Part shown: one piece after another, positions 8,773 to 18,897 of the stretch
Layout: each line of letters opens with the position of its first letter
Position numbering within the stretch: the first letter of the stretch is position 1
Origin: Hyphomicrobiales bacterium
GTDB lineage: Bacteria > Pseudomonadota > Alphaproteobacteria > Rhizobiales > Aestuariivirgaceae
Assembly (NCBI GenBank): GCA_043757845.1
Contig: JAYVOQ010000059.1
Span: 6,267-70,266 of the forward strand
Length of the DNA stretch: 64,000 nucleotides
Reading direction: 5' to 3'
Made by a program: the position numbers and the translations under genes
The notes under the pieces: model-generated
Seen by the model: the letters and a program-made list of their open reading frames with translations, nothing else
Told to the model about the DNA's origin: nothing
Databases searched by the model: none

Positions 8773-9984
8773 TTAAGAATTCACCGCCATCGCCTGCTTT
8801 AAATCTCCTAACAAGTCTTCTACATCTTCCAAGCCAACGGATAATCTTAAGCAGCCATCTTTGATGCCCATCAACTTGCGAACTTCGGGGCCGATATTCT
8901 TGTGAGTTGTCGTAGCCGGATGAGTGATCAGTGATTTTGCGTCACCCAAGTTGTTAGAAATATCGATGATTTTCAAACGCCGCAAAACGTTGAAAGCCTG
9001 CTCTTTACCGCCCTTAACATCGAGCGAGACCATTGTGCCACCCATGCGCATCTGCTTTTCAGCCAATGCTTTTTGCGGATGGCTTTCGTGATGGGGATAA
9101 TAAACGCGCTCAACTTGCGGCAGGCGTGACAGTTCGTCGGCAAGCAATGTGGCCGAGCGTGACGATGCTTCCACGCGCAGCTTCAAAGTTTCAAGACCTT
9201 TCAGCAAGACCCAAGCATTGAAAGGCGACATTGTTGGCCCGGTGTGGCGCAAGAATGGCTTGAGCAAATCTTCTTTAAATTCTTTGGATGATAAGATCAT
9301 GCCGCCGAAGACACGGCCCTGCCCGTCTGTGTGTTTTGTGTTTGAATAAAACACAATGTCCGCGCCCAGTTGCATTGGCTTTTGCAATATGGGTGTTGCG
9401 AAAGCGTTGTCGACAATGACTCGTGCGCCGCCTTTGTGTGCAATTTCGCTGATCATCGCAATGTCGAGCACTTCCAAGAGCGGATTGGATGGTGTTTCGA
9501 AAAAGACCACTTTGGTTTCTGGGCGCATGGCCGCGCGCCAATCTGCTGCGTTATTGCCGCCCACTAATGTGTAACTGATACCAAAGCGCGGTAGGATATT
9601 GGTAATGACTTGATAGTTTGAGCCAAACAGATCTTTGGAAGCCACAATGTGGTCGCCCTGTTTGAGCTGGCAAGCCAAAGCGCCCCAAGCAGCAGCCATG
9701 CCAGATGCCACGGCATAGGAGGCTTCTGCCCCTACCAACAGCCGGAATCGTTCCTCCAGCATTGAAACTGTGGGGTTGCCATAACGGCCGTAGACATAAC
9801 CGTCCTCTTCGCCCGCAAAGCGAGCCTCGGCACTTTCAGGATCGTCATAGACATAGCCGGAGGTGAGATAAATGGCTTCGGAGGTTTCGCCGTGTTCCGA
9901 TCTCTTGATGCCGCCGCGAATTAATTTGGTTGAAACGCCCCAACCATCAGGGTTCTGCGTTTTGGTGTATCTGCCTTTTTTCAT
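8773..9984 (-). CDS. metZ: O-succinylhomoserine sulfhydrylase (Cys/Met metabolism PLP enzyme)
   Basis: ORF 8773..10005 (TTG at 10005, ATG at 9984). GYVYGRYGNPT and the PLP-lysine segment YSNTKHTDGQG. Confidence 0.85.
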   Translation of the reverse strand: MKKGRYTKTQNPDGWGVSTKLIRGGIKRSEHGETSEAIYLTSGYVYDDPESAEARFAGEEDGYVYGRYGNPTVSMLEERFRLLVGAEASYAVASGMAAAWGALACQLKQGDHIVASKDLFGSNYQVITNILPRFGISYTLVGGNNAADWRAAMRPETKVVFFETPSNPLLEVLDIAMISEIAHKGGARVIVDNAFATPILQKPMQLGADIVFYSNTKHTDGQGRVFGGMILSSKEFKEDLLKPFLRHTGPTMSPFNAWVLLKGLETLKLRVEASSRSATLLADELSRLPQVERVYYPHHESHPQKALAEKQMRMGGTMVSLDVKGGKEQAFNVLRRLKIIDISNNLGDAKSLITHPATTTHKNIGPEVRKLMGIKDGCLRLSVGLEDVEDLLGDLKQAMAVNS

Positions 9985-9989
9985 GAGGG

Positions 9990-10391
9990 TTAACTTTGCA
10001 CCCAAGGCAGGCCATCAGCCTTCCAGCCGTTGGCGTTGGCGCGGTGGCTCTCAGTATCTTTATCGCCTTCAAACCCGTGGGCCACATTCCAACAATTGTC
10101 GAACCCCGCTTGGGTTAACGCCGTAGCTGCCGAGGCTGAACGTGCACCTGAGCGGCAAATGCAAAAAATCTCCGCGTCTTTGGGCAGCCCCATATTCTGA
10201 ACTTCTTCAACAAAGCGCGCGTTCACATCCATCGTTGGATATACTTGCCATGCCAAGCGCACCAACCGGTCAACAGCTGGCACACCAACAAATGTCCATT
10301 CCGGCTGGGTGCGCACGTCGATCAGAACCGCTGAAGAGTTTGCCTTCAGGCGCTGGTGTGCCTCAATGGGTGGAACGTCGCCTTTATACAT
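9990..10391 (-). CDS. single-domain rhodanese-like sulfurtransferase
   Basis: 133 aa with the active-site loop CRSGARS. The stop lies 5 nt before the metZ ATG. Confidence 0.8.
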   Translation of the reverse strand: MYKGDVPPIEAHQRLKANSSAVLIDVRTQPEWTFVGVPAVDRLVRLAWQVYPTMDVNARFVEEVQNMGLPKDAEIFCICRSGARSASAATALTQAGFDNCWNVAHGFEGDKDTESHRANANGWKADGLPWVQS

Positions 10392-10532
10392 ATTTCAAAT
10401 TCCTCATGTGGCCCTTCATAGCAAAACCTGCCCTTCCCCGCCAAGCGAAAGCTTTGTAGACTATACTTGAATAAGACTGGTGCTGAAATTTGCGTTGCTC
10501 AATGATAGACTAGGCATAAATGAGGAGCAATG

Positions 10533-12992
10533 ATGTCCAAAGCACTTCCAAAACAGGCAGATGTGGTGATCATCGGTGGTGGAGTGGTGGGATGTTCTAT
10601 CGCTTATCATTTGACGCAGATTGGAATCAGCAATGTGGTTGTGTTGGAGCGCAAGCAACTGACATCAGGCACCACTTGGCATGCTGCAGGATTGGTTGGT
10701 CAACTTAGGGCCTCACGCAATCTCACTGAATTAGCTAAATATACGACAGGGCTTTTCGAAAAGCTTGAAAAAGAAACTGGCCAAGCCACGGGGTTTAAAC
10801 AAAACGGTTCAATTTCTATGGCGCTGACAGAGGGGCGCATGGAGGAACTGTTGCGTGGCGCATCCATGGCCAAGAATTTTGGCTTGGCAGTTGACGTTTT
10901 ATCAGTTGATGAGATCAAAGCGCGTGTTCCGCATTACAGTATGGACGGCGTTAAAGGCGGTGTGTTTCTGCCCAAAGATGGGCAAGTTAACCCGATCGAT
11001 GTAACACAAGCTTTGGCAGCGGGTGCCAGATCGCGAGGCGCTAAAGTTTTTGAGAATTGCAAAGTCACGCGCATTCTCACCAAAGGTGGTTGTGCCATTG
11101 GCGTTGAGACTGTCGCGGGCACAATCATGGCCGATAAGGTTGTGATGGCCACGGGCATGTGGAGCCGCGAACTTGGCCATAGTGTTGGTGTGAACATTCC
11201 CCTTCACGCTTGTGAACATTTCTACATTGTGACCGAACCCATACATGAACTGTCGCGAAATATGCCTGTGGTTCGTGTTCCCGATGAATGCACTTACTAT
11301 AAGGAGGATGCAGGTAAGCTTCTTGTTGGCGCTTTCGAACCGGTGGCCAAGCTTTGGGGCGGTGGCGGCATTGATGATGAGCATGCCTTTGTAACTTTGC
11401 CTGAGGACATGGATCACTTTGAACCGATTTTAGCGAAAGCCATTGCGCGCGTGCCGCTGTTGGAAACGGCGGGCATACAATTGTTCTTCAATGGCCCCGA
11501 AAGTTTTACGCCAGATGACAGGTATTACTTAGGGGAAGTGCCAGAATTGAAAAACCTGTTTGTGGCGACTGGGTTTAATTCAATCGGTATTCAATCTTCT
11601 GGTGGTGCGGGATTGGTGCTGTCGCAATGGATCAAGAACGGTTATCCGCCGATGGATGTGAACGGCATTGATATTCGCCGCATTCATCCCTTTCAATCGA
11701 ACAATACTTACTTGCGAGACCGCGTAACCGAAACGCTTGGTTTGCTGTATGCAATGCACTGGCCTTACCGCCAAGCTGAAACGGCGCGTGGCGTGCGTCG
11801 CTCCCCGTTTCATCCGTATACAGATAAGTTAGGTGCAGTTTTTGGGGAAGTAAATGGCTGGGAGAGGCCAAACTGGTATGCACTCCCCAATATGAAGCGG
11901 GAATATGAATATAGCTACGGTCGGCAGAACTGGTTTGTGGCAGCGCAGGCAGAGGCTGATGCGCTAAAAAATGACGTGGTATTTTTTGATCAATCGTCCT
12001 TCGCTAAATTCGAAGTTTTGGGCAAAGACGCCTGCTTGGTTTTGAACTATATTTCCTGCAACAACGTGGATGTGGCTGTGGGGAAGATTGTTTATACACA
12101 GTGGTTGAATGAACGCGGTGGTATTGAAGCTGACTTAACGATTACACGATTGGTAGCAGATCGTTTCCTGATTGTGACCGGTGCAGTTCCTCAAACCCGC
12201 GACATGGCTTGGTTGATACGTCATATTCCTGACGGAGCGCATTGTGCGGCACTCGATGTCACTTCGGGCTTGCCTATGCTATCCATCATGGGGCCGAAGT
12301 CTCGCGCACTTTTGGAAAAACTTTCTGGCGCTGATCTTTCGAATGCGGCCTTCCCCTTTGGCACATCGCAAGAACTTGAGATTGGTTATGCGCGGGTGCG
12401 TGCCGGCCGCATTACTTATGTGGGCGAACTGGGTTGGGAGATTTACATTGAGGCCGAGTTCGCCGCGCATGTGATAGAGACTGTTTTAGCGGCGGGCGAA
12501 GCATTTGGGTTGAAACCAGCTGGCATGCACAGCATGAACAACGCCCGCATGGAAAAGGGTTATCGCCATTGGGGTCATGATATTTCAGACGAGGAAACGC
12601 CATTAGAAGCAGGTTTGGGTTTTACCTGCGCGTGGGAAAAGCCCGGTGGATTTATCGGACGTGAGGCGTTGCTGAAGCAAAAGGCATCGCCTGACCTTTC
12701 CAAACGGATGGTTTGCTTGGCGTTGATTGATAATTCCGCCAGTGCGCCGATGATCTATCACGAAGAACCGCTGTATCGTGACGGTGTGAATGTTGGTTCC
12801 ACCACGTCAGGTGCTTGGGGCCACCGTGTTGGACTTTCCCTTGGTTTGGCCTATGTGAAAAATGCAAATGGCGTGACCCGCGAATGGCTGGAAAGCGGCA
12901 AGTGGGAAATTGAATTGGCTTGGAAACGCTATCCTGTTAGGGTTCAACTCGGAAGTTTTTACGATCCAAAAGGTGAGCGTATAAAAGTTTAG
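10533..12992 (+). CDS. FAD-dependent dimethylglycine/sarcosine dehydrogenase-like oxidoreductase (DAO domain fused to a GcvT-type folate-binding domain)
   Basis: DVVIIGGGVVGCSIAYHL dinucleotide fold at the N-terminus and an aminomethyltransferase-like C-terminal half. GAGGAG lies 5 nt before ATG 10533. Confidence 0.85.
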   Translation: MSKALPKQADVVIIGGGVVGCSIAYHLTQIGISNVVVLERKQLTSGTTWHAAGLVGQLRASRNLTELAKYTTGLFEKLEKETGQATGFKQNGSISMALTEGRMEELLRGASMAKNFGLAVDVLSVDEIKARVPHYSMDGVKGGVFLPKDGQVNPIDVTQALAAGARSRGAKVFENCKVTRILTKGGCAIGVETVAGTIMADKVVMATGMWSRELGHSVGVNIPLHACEHFYIVTEPIHELSRNMPVVRVPDECTYYKEDAGKLLVGAFEPVAKLWGGGGIDDEHAFVTLPEDMDHFEPILAKAIARVPLLETAGIQLFFNGPESFTPDDRYYLGEVPELKNLFVATGFNSIGIQSSGGAGLVLSQWIKNGYPPMDVNGIDIRRIHPFQSNNTYLRDRVTETLGLLYAMHWPYRQAETARGVRRSPFHPYTDKLGAVFGEVNGWERPNWYALPNMKREYEYSYGRQNWFVAAQAEADALKNDVVFFDQSSFAKFEVLGKDACLVLNYISCNNVDVAVGKIVYTQWLNERGGIEADLTITRLVADRFLIVTGAVPQTRDMAWLIRHIPDGAHCAALDVTSGLPMLSIMGPKSRALLEKLSGADLSNAAFPFGTSQELEIGYARVRAGRITYVGELGWEIYIEAEFAAHVIETVLAAGEAFGLKPAGMHSMNNARMEKGYRHWGHDISDEETPLEAGLGFTCAWEKPGGFIGREALLKQKASPDLSKRMVCLALIDNSASAPMIYHEEPLYRDGVNVGSTTSGAWGHRVGLSLGLAYVKNANGVTREWLESGKWEIELAWKRYPVRVQLGSFYDPKGERIKV

Positions 12993-13006
12993 AGGCAGTA
13001 ATTTTC

Positions 13007-13036
13007 TTTACAGGGAATACTGATTCGTTCTATATA
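13007..13036 (+). promoter_or_regulatory. candidate sigma-70 promoter of the peroxiredoxin gene (TTTACA-N18-TATATA)
   Basis: TTTACA at 13007-13012 and TATATA at 13031-13036, 24 nt upstream of ATG 13060. Confidence 0.4.
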
Positions 13037-13043
13037 AAGAACG
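13026..13043. promoter_or_regulatory. palindromic box CGTTC-TATATAAA-GAACG (followed by AAAT), candidate operator overlapping the -10 element
   Basis: The arms extend to 7 bp (TTCGTTC/GAACGAA, 13024-13045). 19 of 22 positions match the box at 3528-3549 by hand alignment. Confidence 0.45.
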
Positions 13044-13059
13044 AAATGGAGTATGTTTC

Positions 13060-13716
13060 ATGTCACTTCAACTTGGCGATCTTGCGCCGGACTTTGAGGC
13101 CGATACGACGGAAGGCCGCATTCGTTTCCACGACTATATTGAAGGCTCTTGGGCGATGATTGTGTCGCATCCTAAGGATTTCACGCCTGTCTGCACCACT
13201 GAACTGGGTTCGATGGCTATCAAAAAGCCGGAGTTTGACAAGCGTGGCGTAAAAATGATTGGCATTTCGGTTGACAGTGTTGACGATCATCTGCGTTGGA
13301 AAAACGATATCAAAGACGTTACGGGTGCGAGTGTTACCTATCCGATGATCGGCGACACAGACCTTGCCGTTGCTAAACTTTATGGGATGATTCATCCTAA
13401 CGCCTCTGGCAATGCCAAAAGCCGCACTGCTGCCGACAATTTCACTGTGCGTAATGTATTTATCATTGGGCCTGACAAGCGTATCAAATTAATCCTGTCT
13501 TATCCGATGAGCACTGGACGCAACTTTGATGAGATTTTGCGCGTGATCGATTCTTTGCAGTTGACGGCCACAAAATCAGTTGCAACGCCGGCAAATTGGA
13601 AGCAGGGCGAAGATGCCATTATTTTAGGGTCAGTTTCGGATGAAGCAGCAAAAGAAAAATTTCCGCAAGGCTGGAAAACCGTGAAGCCCTATCTGCGAAT
13701 GGTGAAGTTGGTTTAA
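13060..13716 (+). CDS. 1-Cys peroxiredoxin (Prx6 class)
   Basis: DFTPVCTTE peroxidatic cysteine motif, 218 aa. Confidence 0.9.
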   Translation: MSLQLGDLAPDFEADTTEGRIRFHDYIEGSWAMIVSHPKDFTPVCTTELGSMAIKKPEFDKRGVKMIGISVDSVDDHLRWKNDIKDVTGASVTYPMIGDTDLAVAKLYGMIHPNASGNAKSRTAADNFTVRNVFIIGPDKRIKLILSYPMSTGRNFDEILRVIDSLQLTATKSVATPANWKQGEDAIILGSVSDEAAKEKFPQGWKTVKPYLRMVKLV

Positions 13717-13859
13717 TCGAATGTCGTTCGCGCTCAGCATTTGACCCCAGTTTTAAAAAGACGGAGGAGCTTTGACTTGTCGAATTTGCTTTACCCAACA
13801 TTTGGCGTTAAAATCATTTTTTTAACGGCCACTGTCGGCATAACGAGCCAATGCACCTG

Positions 13860-14888
13860 TCATTGAAACAGAATTAAAATCTGCCAAATATCAGATTTGC
13901 AAATACTAGTGTTTACAACCTCGCGGGCATTTTGGTTCGGGAAATGCTTCAGCGCCAAAGCGAAATATGCGCAGTGATCGAGCTTATTGAGCTTCCCGTG
14001 GTTCAGATTATAAAACGGAAAATGATCGGGCTTGGCGGTGAATTCTGCGGCTTTGGCAAAAGCCGTTTGCAATAGGCTCGCCGCTTCTGAACCATAAACA
14101 TCTACGCCTTGCCCTTCCAAAATTTGCGCAGCGAGGAAAATCGGCAGCAGTGCATAGTGGGTGTAAGCAAGGCCGTTCACACCCTTATCAGGCCCATCGC
14201 AGTGATTGGATGAGTTACTGCGGCAAATTTCGAGTGGCATCGTGCCATCATCCGCTATTTCCGACGTGACTAGCGTTTGCCATCGTGTGGCTGCCTTTGT
14301 TAAAGCGGGGTTGTCTTGTGTGAAGGCTGCGATGCTGATGTCTTGCAAGTTGCCCCAATTACCTCGATTGTTGAGCTCTGCACTTAAACTCAGCGGCTCA
14401 ATCACTAATTTCAACCAGTTTTTAAACGACGTCGTGTTCCAAGCGTTTGCATGTTCAACCCAAGATGCGGCGACAACGAGTTGCGCAATGTTGAAATTAA
14501 TATCCGAGCGGCCTTGTGCATTTGACGCTTGTTTCATGGTCACGGCCCAGGCATCAATAATGTGCTGCGTTTGCAGGGCATAGGCCGTATTGCCGTTTAA
14601 TCGGTAACACAACGCCAAACGATAAGCGCGGCGGAAATCACCAGTTAGCCCTTTGGCTTGGTCATCATCTGGATTGGCACCTTGTGCGGTATAGTGAGGT
14701 GTGGGCGCAAAATCCACGATGGCATGTGTATCAGACACAATTTCCTTTTCACATTTGCGCAAGATACCATTTGATAATTTGGTGTTGCTCATCAACGCTG
14801 CAAATTGTGCATCATCCACAAGTAAAGGCTGGGCCTGTGCAGCGCTGATCAACGCCAGAAAAATGAGGATGGCAATTCTTACCACCAT
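13860..14888 (-). CDS. exported alginate-lyase-family (PL5-like all-alpha polysaccharide lyase fold) protein
   Basis: Signal peptide [19 protein letters not shown]. The NNRGNW and [11 protein letters not shown] segments resemble the NNHSYW and ALAYHNYSL regions of A1-III type alginate lyases, as recalled from memory. The start overlaps the gatA stop by 10 nt. Confidence 0.55.
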   Translation of the reverse strand: MVVRIAILIFLALISAAQAQPLLVDDAQFAALMSNTKLSNGILRKCEKEIVSDTHAIVDFAPTPHYTAQGANPDDDQAKGLTGDFRRAYRLALCYRLNGNTAYALQTQHIIDAWAVTMKQASNAQGRSDINFNIAQLVVAASWVEHANAWNTTSFKNWLKLVIEPLSLSAELNNRGNWGNLQDISIAAFTQDNPALTKAATRWQTLVTSEIADDGTMPLEICRSNSSNHCDGPDKGVNGLAYTHYALLPIFLAAQILEGQGVDVYGSEAASLLQTAFAKAAEFTAKPDHFPFYNLNHGKLNKLDHCAYFALALKHFPNQNAREVVNTSICKSDIWQILILFQ

Positions 14889-16342
14889 TTTGGTGCGGTG
14901 AACTTTCCAGCGGCTTGTTCGATGGCATAGGCCGTTTTGAACAATGTTTCCTCATCAAAGGGTTTGCCAATGAGTTGAAGGCCCAAAGGTAAACCGCTTT
15001 CTGAGAGGCCCGCAGGAACGGCAATTCCGGGCAAGCCGGCCATGTTCACTGTGACTGTGAAAATATCGTTGAGATACATCTCCACAGGGTCGGTGATCTC
15101 GCCGGGGGCGAAGGCTGGTGAAGGGGTTGCAGGTGTCAACACCACATCTACTTTGTTCCAAGCGTTGTCAAAGTCGCGTTTAATCAGTGTACGGACTTTT
15201 TGTGCCTTCACATAATAAGCATCATAGTAACCTGCTGACAAAACATATGTGCCCACCATCACCCGGCGTTGCACTTCGCGGCCAAATCCAGCGGCGCGGG
15301 TTTTCTCGTAAGTATCGATCAGATCTAAGCCAGGTACACGAAGGCCATAACGCACGCCGTCATAACGGGCTAGATTTGAGGATGCTTCGGCAGGCGCTAC
15401 GATATAATAGGCTGGCAACGCATATTTGGTGTGGGGCAACGAAATCTCGACAATCTCTGCACCCTGCTCTTTCAACCATTTCGCACCTTTGTCCCAAAGC
15501 GCGCCAATCTCAGACGACAGACCGCTCGGTCGATACTCCTTAGGAATGCCAACCCGCAGGCCTTTGATAGGTTTTCCGATGGCTGCTTCATAATCAGGGA
15601 TTGGCAGATCAATAGAGGTTGTGTCTTTGGGGTCAACGCTGGCCATGGCTTTTAGCATAATTGCGGCGTCGCGCACGTCTCGCGCGATCGGGCCCGCTTG
15701 GTCCAGCGAAGATGCGAAAGCCACGGTGCCCCAGCGTGACACGCGCCCATAAGTTGGTTTGATGCCCACGGTGCCGGTGAAAGCTGCGGGTTGGCGGATG
15801 GAACCGCCGGTGTCCGTGGCCGTAGCAGCGGCACAGATGTGGGCAGCAACTGCTGAGGCAGATCCACCTGATGAGCCACCGGGCACTAATGAGGCATTAG
15901 AGTTTTTCCGCCGCCATGGATTGGTGACTGGACCATAGTAGCTTGTTTCATTGGATGAGCCCATGGCGAATTCATCCATGTTGAGTTTGCCCAACATCAC
16001 GGCCCCCGCGTCCCACAAATTTTGCGTAACGGTTGATTCATAACCAGGCTTAAATCCATCTAAGATATGGCTGCAAGCTTGGGTGTGAACTCCCTTGGTG
16101 GCGAAGAGGTCTTTGATGCCCAGAGGAATGCCTTCCAATGCCCCGCCCTGCCCCTTGGCCAGTTTGATATCGGAGGCCTTGGCCATTTCGCGCGCCTGTT
16201 CTGGCGTTGTAACGATATAGGCATTGAGCGACTTGGCACCTTCAATGGCTTTGAGATATGCATCGGTCAATTCAAGCGCTGAAAATTCTTTGGCGCGCAG
16301 TTTGGTGCGGACTTCTGCGATGGTAAGATTGGTCAGCGACAT
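14879..16342 (-). CDS. gatA: Asp-tRNA(Asn)/Glu-tRNA(Gln) amidotransferase subunit A
   Basis: Amidase signature [13 protein letters not shown], 487 aa, immediately after gatC. Confidence 0.95.
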   Translation of the reverse strand: MSLTNLTIAEVRTKLRAKEFSALELTDAYLKAIEGAKSLNAYIVTTPEQAREMAKASDIKLAKGQGGALEGIPLGIKDLFATKGVHTQACSHILDGFKPGYESTVTQNLWDAGAVMLGKLNMDEFAMGSSNETSYYGPVTNPWRRKNSNASLVPGGSSGGSASAVAAHICAAATATDTGGSIRQPAAFTGTVGIKPTYGRVSRWGTVAFASSLDQAGPIARDVRDAAIMLKAMASVDPKDTTSIDLPIPDYEAAIGKPIKGLRVGIPKEYRPSGLSSEIGALWDKGAKWLKEQGAEIVEISLPHTKYALPAYYIVAPAEASSNLARYDGVRYGLRVPGLDLIDTYEKTRAAGFGREVQRRVMVGTYVLSAGYYDAYYVKAQKVRTLIKRDFDNAWNKVDVVLTPATPSPAFAPGEITDPVEMYLNDIFTVTVNMAGLPGIAVPAGLSESGLPLGLQLIGKPFDEETLFKTAYAIEQAAGKFTAPKWW

Positions 16343-16626
16343 TATTCTACCACCTTCGGCACCATGAAGAATTGATCTTCAGATTGTGTATTGGCCACGA
16401 TGGCTTTGGCATAGTGGCCGTCTGTCACCACATCTTTGCGCTTCTTCATTTCGGCAGCCACAACTGATGTGAGTGGTTCCACGCCATCTACATTGACTTC
16501 GTTAAGCTGTTCTACGAAAGCAAGAATGACGTTAAGTTCATCAGCCAGACGCGGCACGTCTTTTTCTTCAACTTTTATGCGAGCCAATCTGGCCACGCGG
16601 CGCACAGTTTTATCATCAACAGACAT
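16342..16626 (-). CDS. gatC: Asp-tRNA(Asn)/Glu-tRNA(Gln) amidotransferase subunit C
   Basis: 94 aa with a 1-nt overlap with gatA and a typical GatC N-terminus ([14 protein letters not shown]). Confidence 0.9.
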   Translation of the reverse strand: MSVDDKTVRRVARLARIKVEEKDVPRLADELNVILAFVEQLNEVNVDGVEPLTSVVAAEMKKRKDVVTDGHYAKAIVANTQSEDQFFMVPKVVE

Positions 16627-16662
16627 TGTGGATTCCTTGTTGATGGGCGGTTTAGCAAAGGC

Positions 16663-17358
16663 TTACGCCACTCGCAACTTGGCTTTCTCTCGTCCGCTTG
16701 CATCAAAATTGCTTTCCGCAAGCCAAGCTTCAAAGCCTTGTTTTATGCGCGGCCAGTCTTTGTCGATGATTGAATACCAAGCCGTATCCCGGTTTTGGCC
16801 TTTAACAATCATGTGCTGGCGGAAAATGCCTTCAAAATGAAACCCAAAGCGATCAGCCGCGCGGCGCGAGGGGGCGTTCAAATCATTGCACTTCCATTCC
16901 AGTCTGCGCATGCCTAGATCGTCAAAGGCGTGGCACAACATAAGGTAAATGGCTTCAGTGCTCTCACGCGTGCGCTGCATGATGGGTGACATCCAAATAT
17001 TGCCAATTTCAATCACGCCATTGGCCGCATCGGCACGCATAAAGCTGCCCATGCCAAGGGCTTCACCTGTCTCACGCTTTACATAGGCATAGAACCAAAT
17101 GTCTTTTTCAGCTTGGCGTGCCTTTAACCATTCGGTGAAAGTTGCTTGATCGCCAAAAGGTCCCGAAAAAAGATAGGTCCAAATGTCGTTGTGGCCAGCG
17201 CTGTGCTTATAAAGTGAGGGGCCGTGGTGTTCGGTGTTTAAGGGGTCAAGCCTCGCCCACCGTCCAGTCAAGGGCCTGAGATCAGGAAGGCGCTTGGGCG
17301 GTAATGGATCAACGGTTACACCCACGGGGCGGGAATCTTTGGTTGGCGCTTTGTTCAT
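16663..17358 (-). CDS. GNAT family N-acetyltransferase (RimJ/RimL-like)
   Basis: 231 aa with an Acetyltransf_3-like core (RTRESTEAIYLMLCHAFDDLGMRRLEWKCNDLNAPSRRAADRFGFHFEG). Confidence 0.7.
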   Translation of the reverse strand: MNKAPTKDSRPVGVTVDPLPPKRLPDLRPLTGRWARLDPLNTEHHGPSLYKHSAGHNDIWTYLFSGPFGDQATFTEWLKARQAEKDIWFYAYVKRETGEALGMGSFMRADAANGVIEIGNIWMSPIMQRTRESTEAIYLMLCHAFDDLGMRRLEWKCNDLNAPSRRAADRFGFHFEGIFRQHMIVKGQNRDTAWYSIIDKDWPRIKQGFEAWLAESNFDASGREKAKLRVA

Positions 17359-17420
17359 ATGAAAGGATTAGGTGTTTTGTGACGTTTGCGAAAGGGCCAG
17401 AAAGCGCTTAGTCAGCGGAC

Positions 17421-17882
17421 ATGCATGATTTTTTGGGTGAGGCACGCACCGCAATTGCCGAACTTTCTTCGGATAAGCGATTGATGGGGCTGGATTTGGG
17501 TTCAACCACCATTGGCATAGCCACAGCAGATTATACCCTCCAGATCGCAACACCGCGATTTACGATTGAGCGTGGCAAGTTTCAAGCTGATGCAAAGGCG
17601 CTGTTGGAGTTTGCCGCTAAAGAAGATATCGGCTTGCTGGTTTTGGGATTGCCCCTCAACATGGATGGCAGTGAAGGCCCACGTTGCCAATCAACCAGAG
17701 CCTTTGCCCGAAATTTGGCAAAACTGACGAAATTGCCCATCATCTATTGGGATGAAAGACTTTCTACAGCAGCAGTAGAACGCACGATGTTGGAGGCTGA
17801 CCTATCGCGCGCCAAACGTGAAAAGAATGTGGACAAGTTGGCCGCAGCCTTCATTCTGCAGGGCCTGCTTGATGCCCGTTAA
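17421..17882 (+). CDS. ruvX: Holliday junction resolvase-like nuclease RuvX/YqgF
   Basis: 153 aa. LMGLDLGSTTIGIA start and the YWDERLST motif. Confidence 0.85.
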   Translation: MHDFLGEARTAIAELSSDKRLMGLDLGSTTIGIATADYTLQIATPRFTIERGKFQADAKALLEFAAKEDIGLLVLGLPLNMDGSEGPRCQSTRAFARNLAKLTKLPIIYWDERLSTAAVERTMLEADLSRAKREKNVDKLAAAFILQGLLDAR

Positions 17883-17940
17883 ACACGCTCTGCATTGCCC
17901 TCTTGCCCTTGTCGCATTGTTCGCCTAACAGGCGCTTTTG

Positions 17941-18897
17941 ATGAGCAAGAGCGACACACGTCCGCCAATCTTCAAAGCCCAGCATTTGTTGGCGGTGTCC
18001 GATCTTTCAGTTTCAGAAATTACGGCGTTGCTGGACTTGGCTGGCTCCTATGCCGAATTGAACCGCAATGCAGATAAACGCCATACTATTTTAAGTGGTG
18101 CAACTCAGGTTAACCTATTTTTTGAAAATTCAACACGCACGCAAAGCTCTTTCGAGATTGCGGGCAAACGGCTGGGCTGTGATGTGATGAACATGGCGGT
18201 TTCAACGTCATCCATCTCTAAGGGTGAAACGGTTCTGGACACCGCAATAACAATCAATGCCATGCAGCCGGATTTTCTGGTAGTGCGTCACCAATCATCG
18301 GGCACCGTGGAATTACTTTCGCAAAAAGTGTCTTGCGCTGTCATCAACGCCGGTGACGGTCAGCATGAACACCCGACGCAGGCTTTGCTTGATGCCTTGA
18401 CCATCAGGCGGCATTTGCATCGACTTGAAGGTTGCACGGTTGCTATTTGCGGCGATGTTTATCATTCACGGGTGGCGCGTTCAAACATCGCCCTGCTTGG
18501 AAAAATGGGCGCGCGGGTGCGGGTGGTTGCGCCTTCCACCCTACTGCCTTCGGGCATTGACAAATTCGGTGTTGAAGTTTTCAATAACATGAAAGACGGT
18601 CTGGCCGGCGCTGATGTGGTGATGATGTTGCGGCTGCAGGTGGAACGTATGAGCGGGGCCTTTGTGCCTTCGGCGCGTGAGTATTATCATTTCTATGGCC
18701 TCACCGAAGACAAATTGAAATTCGCCAAAAAGGGCGCGTTGGTGATGCATCCCGGCCCCATGAACCGTGGTGTGGAGATTGACTCGGCCGTGGCAGATGG
18801 TGCGCAGAGTGTTATCCGCGAACAAGTTGAAATGGGTGTGGCCGTGCGCATGGCGGTGCTGGATGCGTTGTCGCGCAACATAAGGAGCCAAGCATGA
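17941..18897 (+). CDS. pyrB: aspartate carbamoyltransferase catalytic subunit
   Basis: STRTQ, HPTQ and HPGPMNRG motifs. ORF 17938 begins with TTG and ATG is at 17941. Confidence 0.95.
   Translation: MSKSDTRPPIFKAQHLLAVSDLSVSEITALLDLAGSYAELNRNADKRHTILSGATQVNLFFENSTRTQSSFEIAGKRLGCDVMNMAVSTSSISKGETVLDTAITINAMQPDFLVVRHQSSGTVELLSQKVSCAVINAGDGQHEHPTQALLDALTIRRHLHRLEGCTVAICGDVYHSRVARSNIALLGKMGARVRVVAPSTLLPSGIDKFGVEVFNNMKDGLAGADVVMMLRLQVERMSGAFVPSAREYYHFYGLTEDKLKFAKKGALVMHPGPMNRGVEIDSAVADGAQSVIREQVEMGVAVRMAVLDALSRNIRSQA

Noticed and set aside
10392-10529. Possible SAM-II riboswitch upstream of the rhodanese-metZ pair
   Set aside because: Only an isolated AAAGCT is present. I could not find the pseudoknot-forming U-rich strand and stem in the expected order. 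It needs an Infernal scan to exclude formally.
13777-13866. 29-codon hydrophobic ORF (TTG start) 7 nt after a strong GGAGGAG in the prx/alginate-lyase convergent spacer
   Set aside because: A given 7-mer is expected about 8 times by chance in this window on both strands. The start is TTG, the ORF overlaps the convergent gene end, and there is nothing to support it without conservation or Ribo-seq data.
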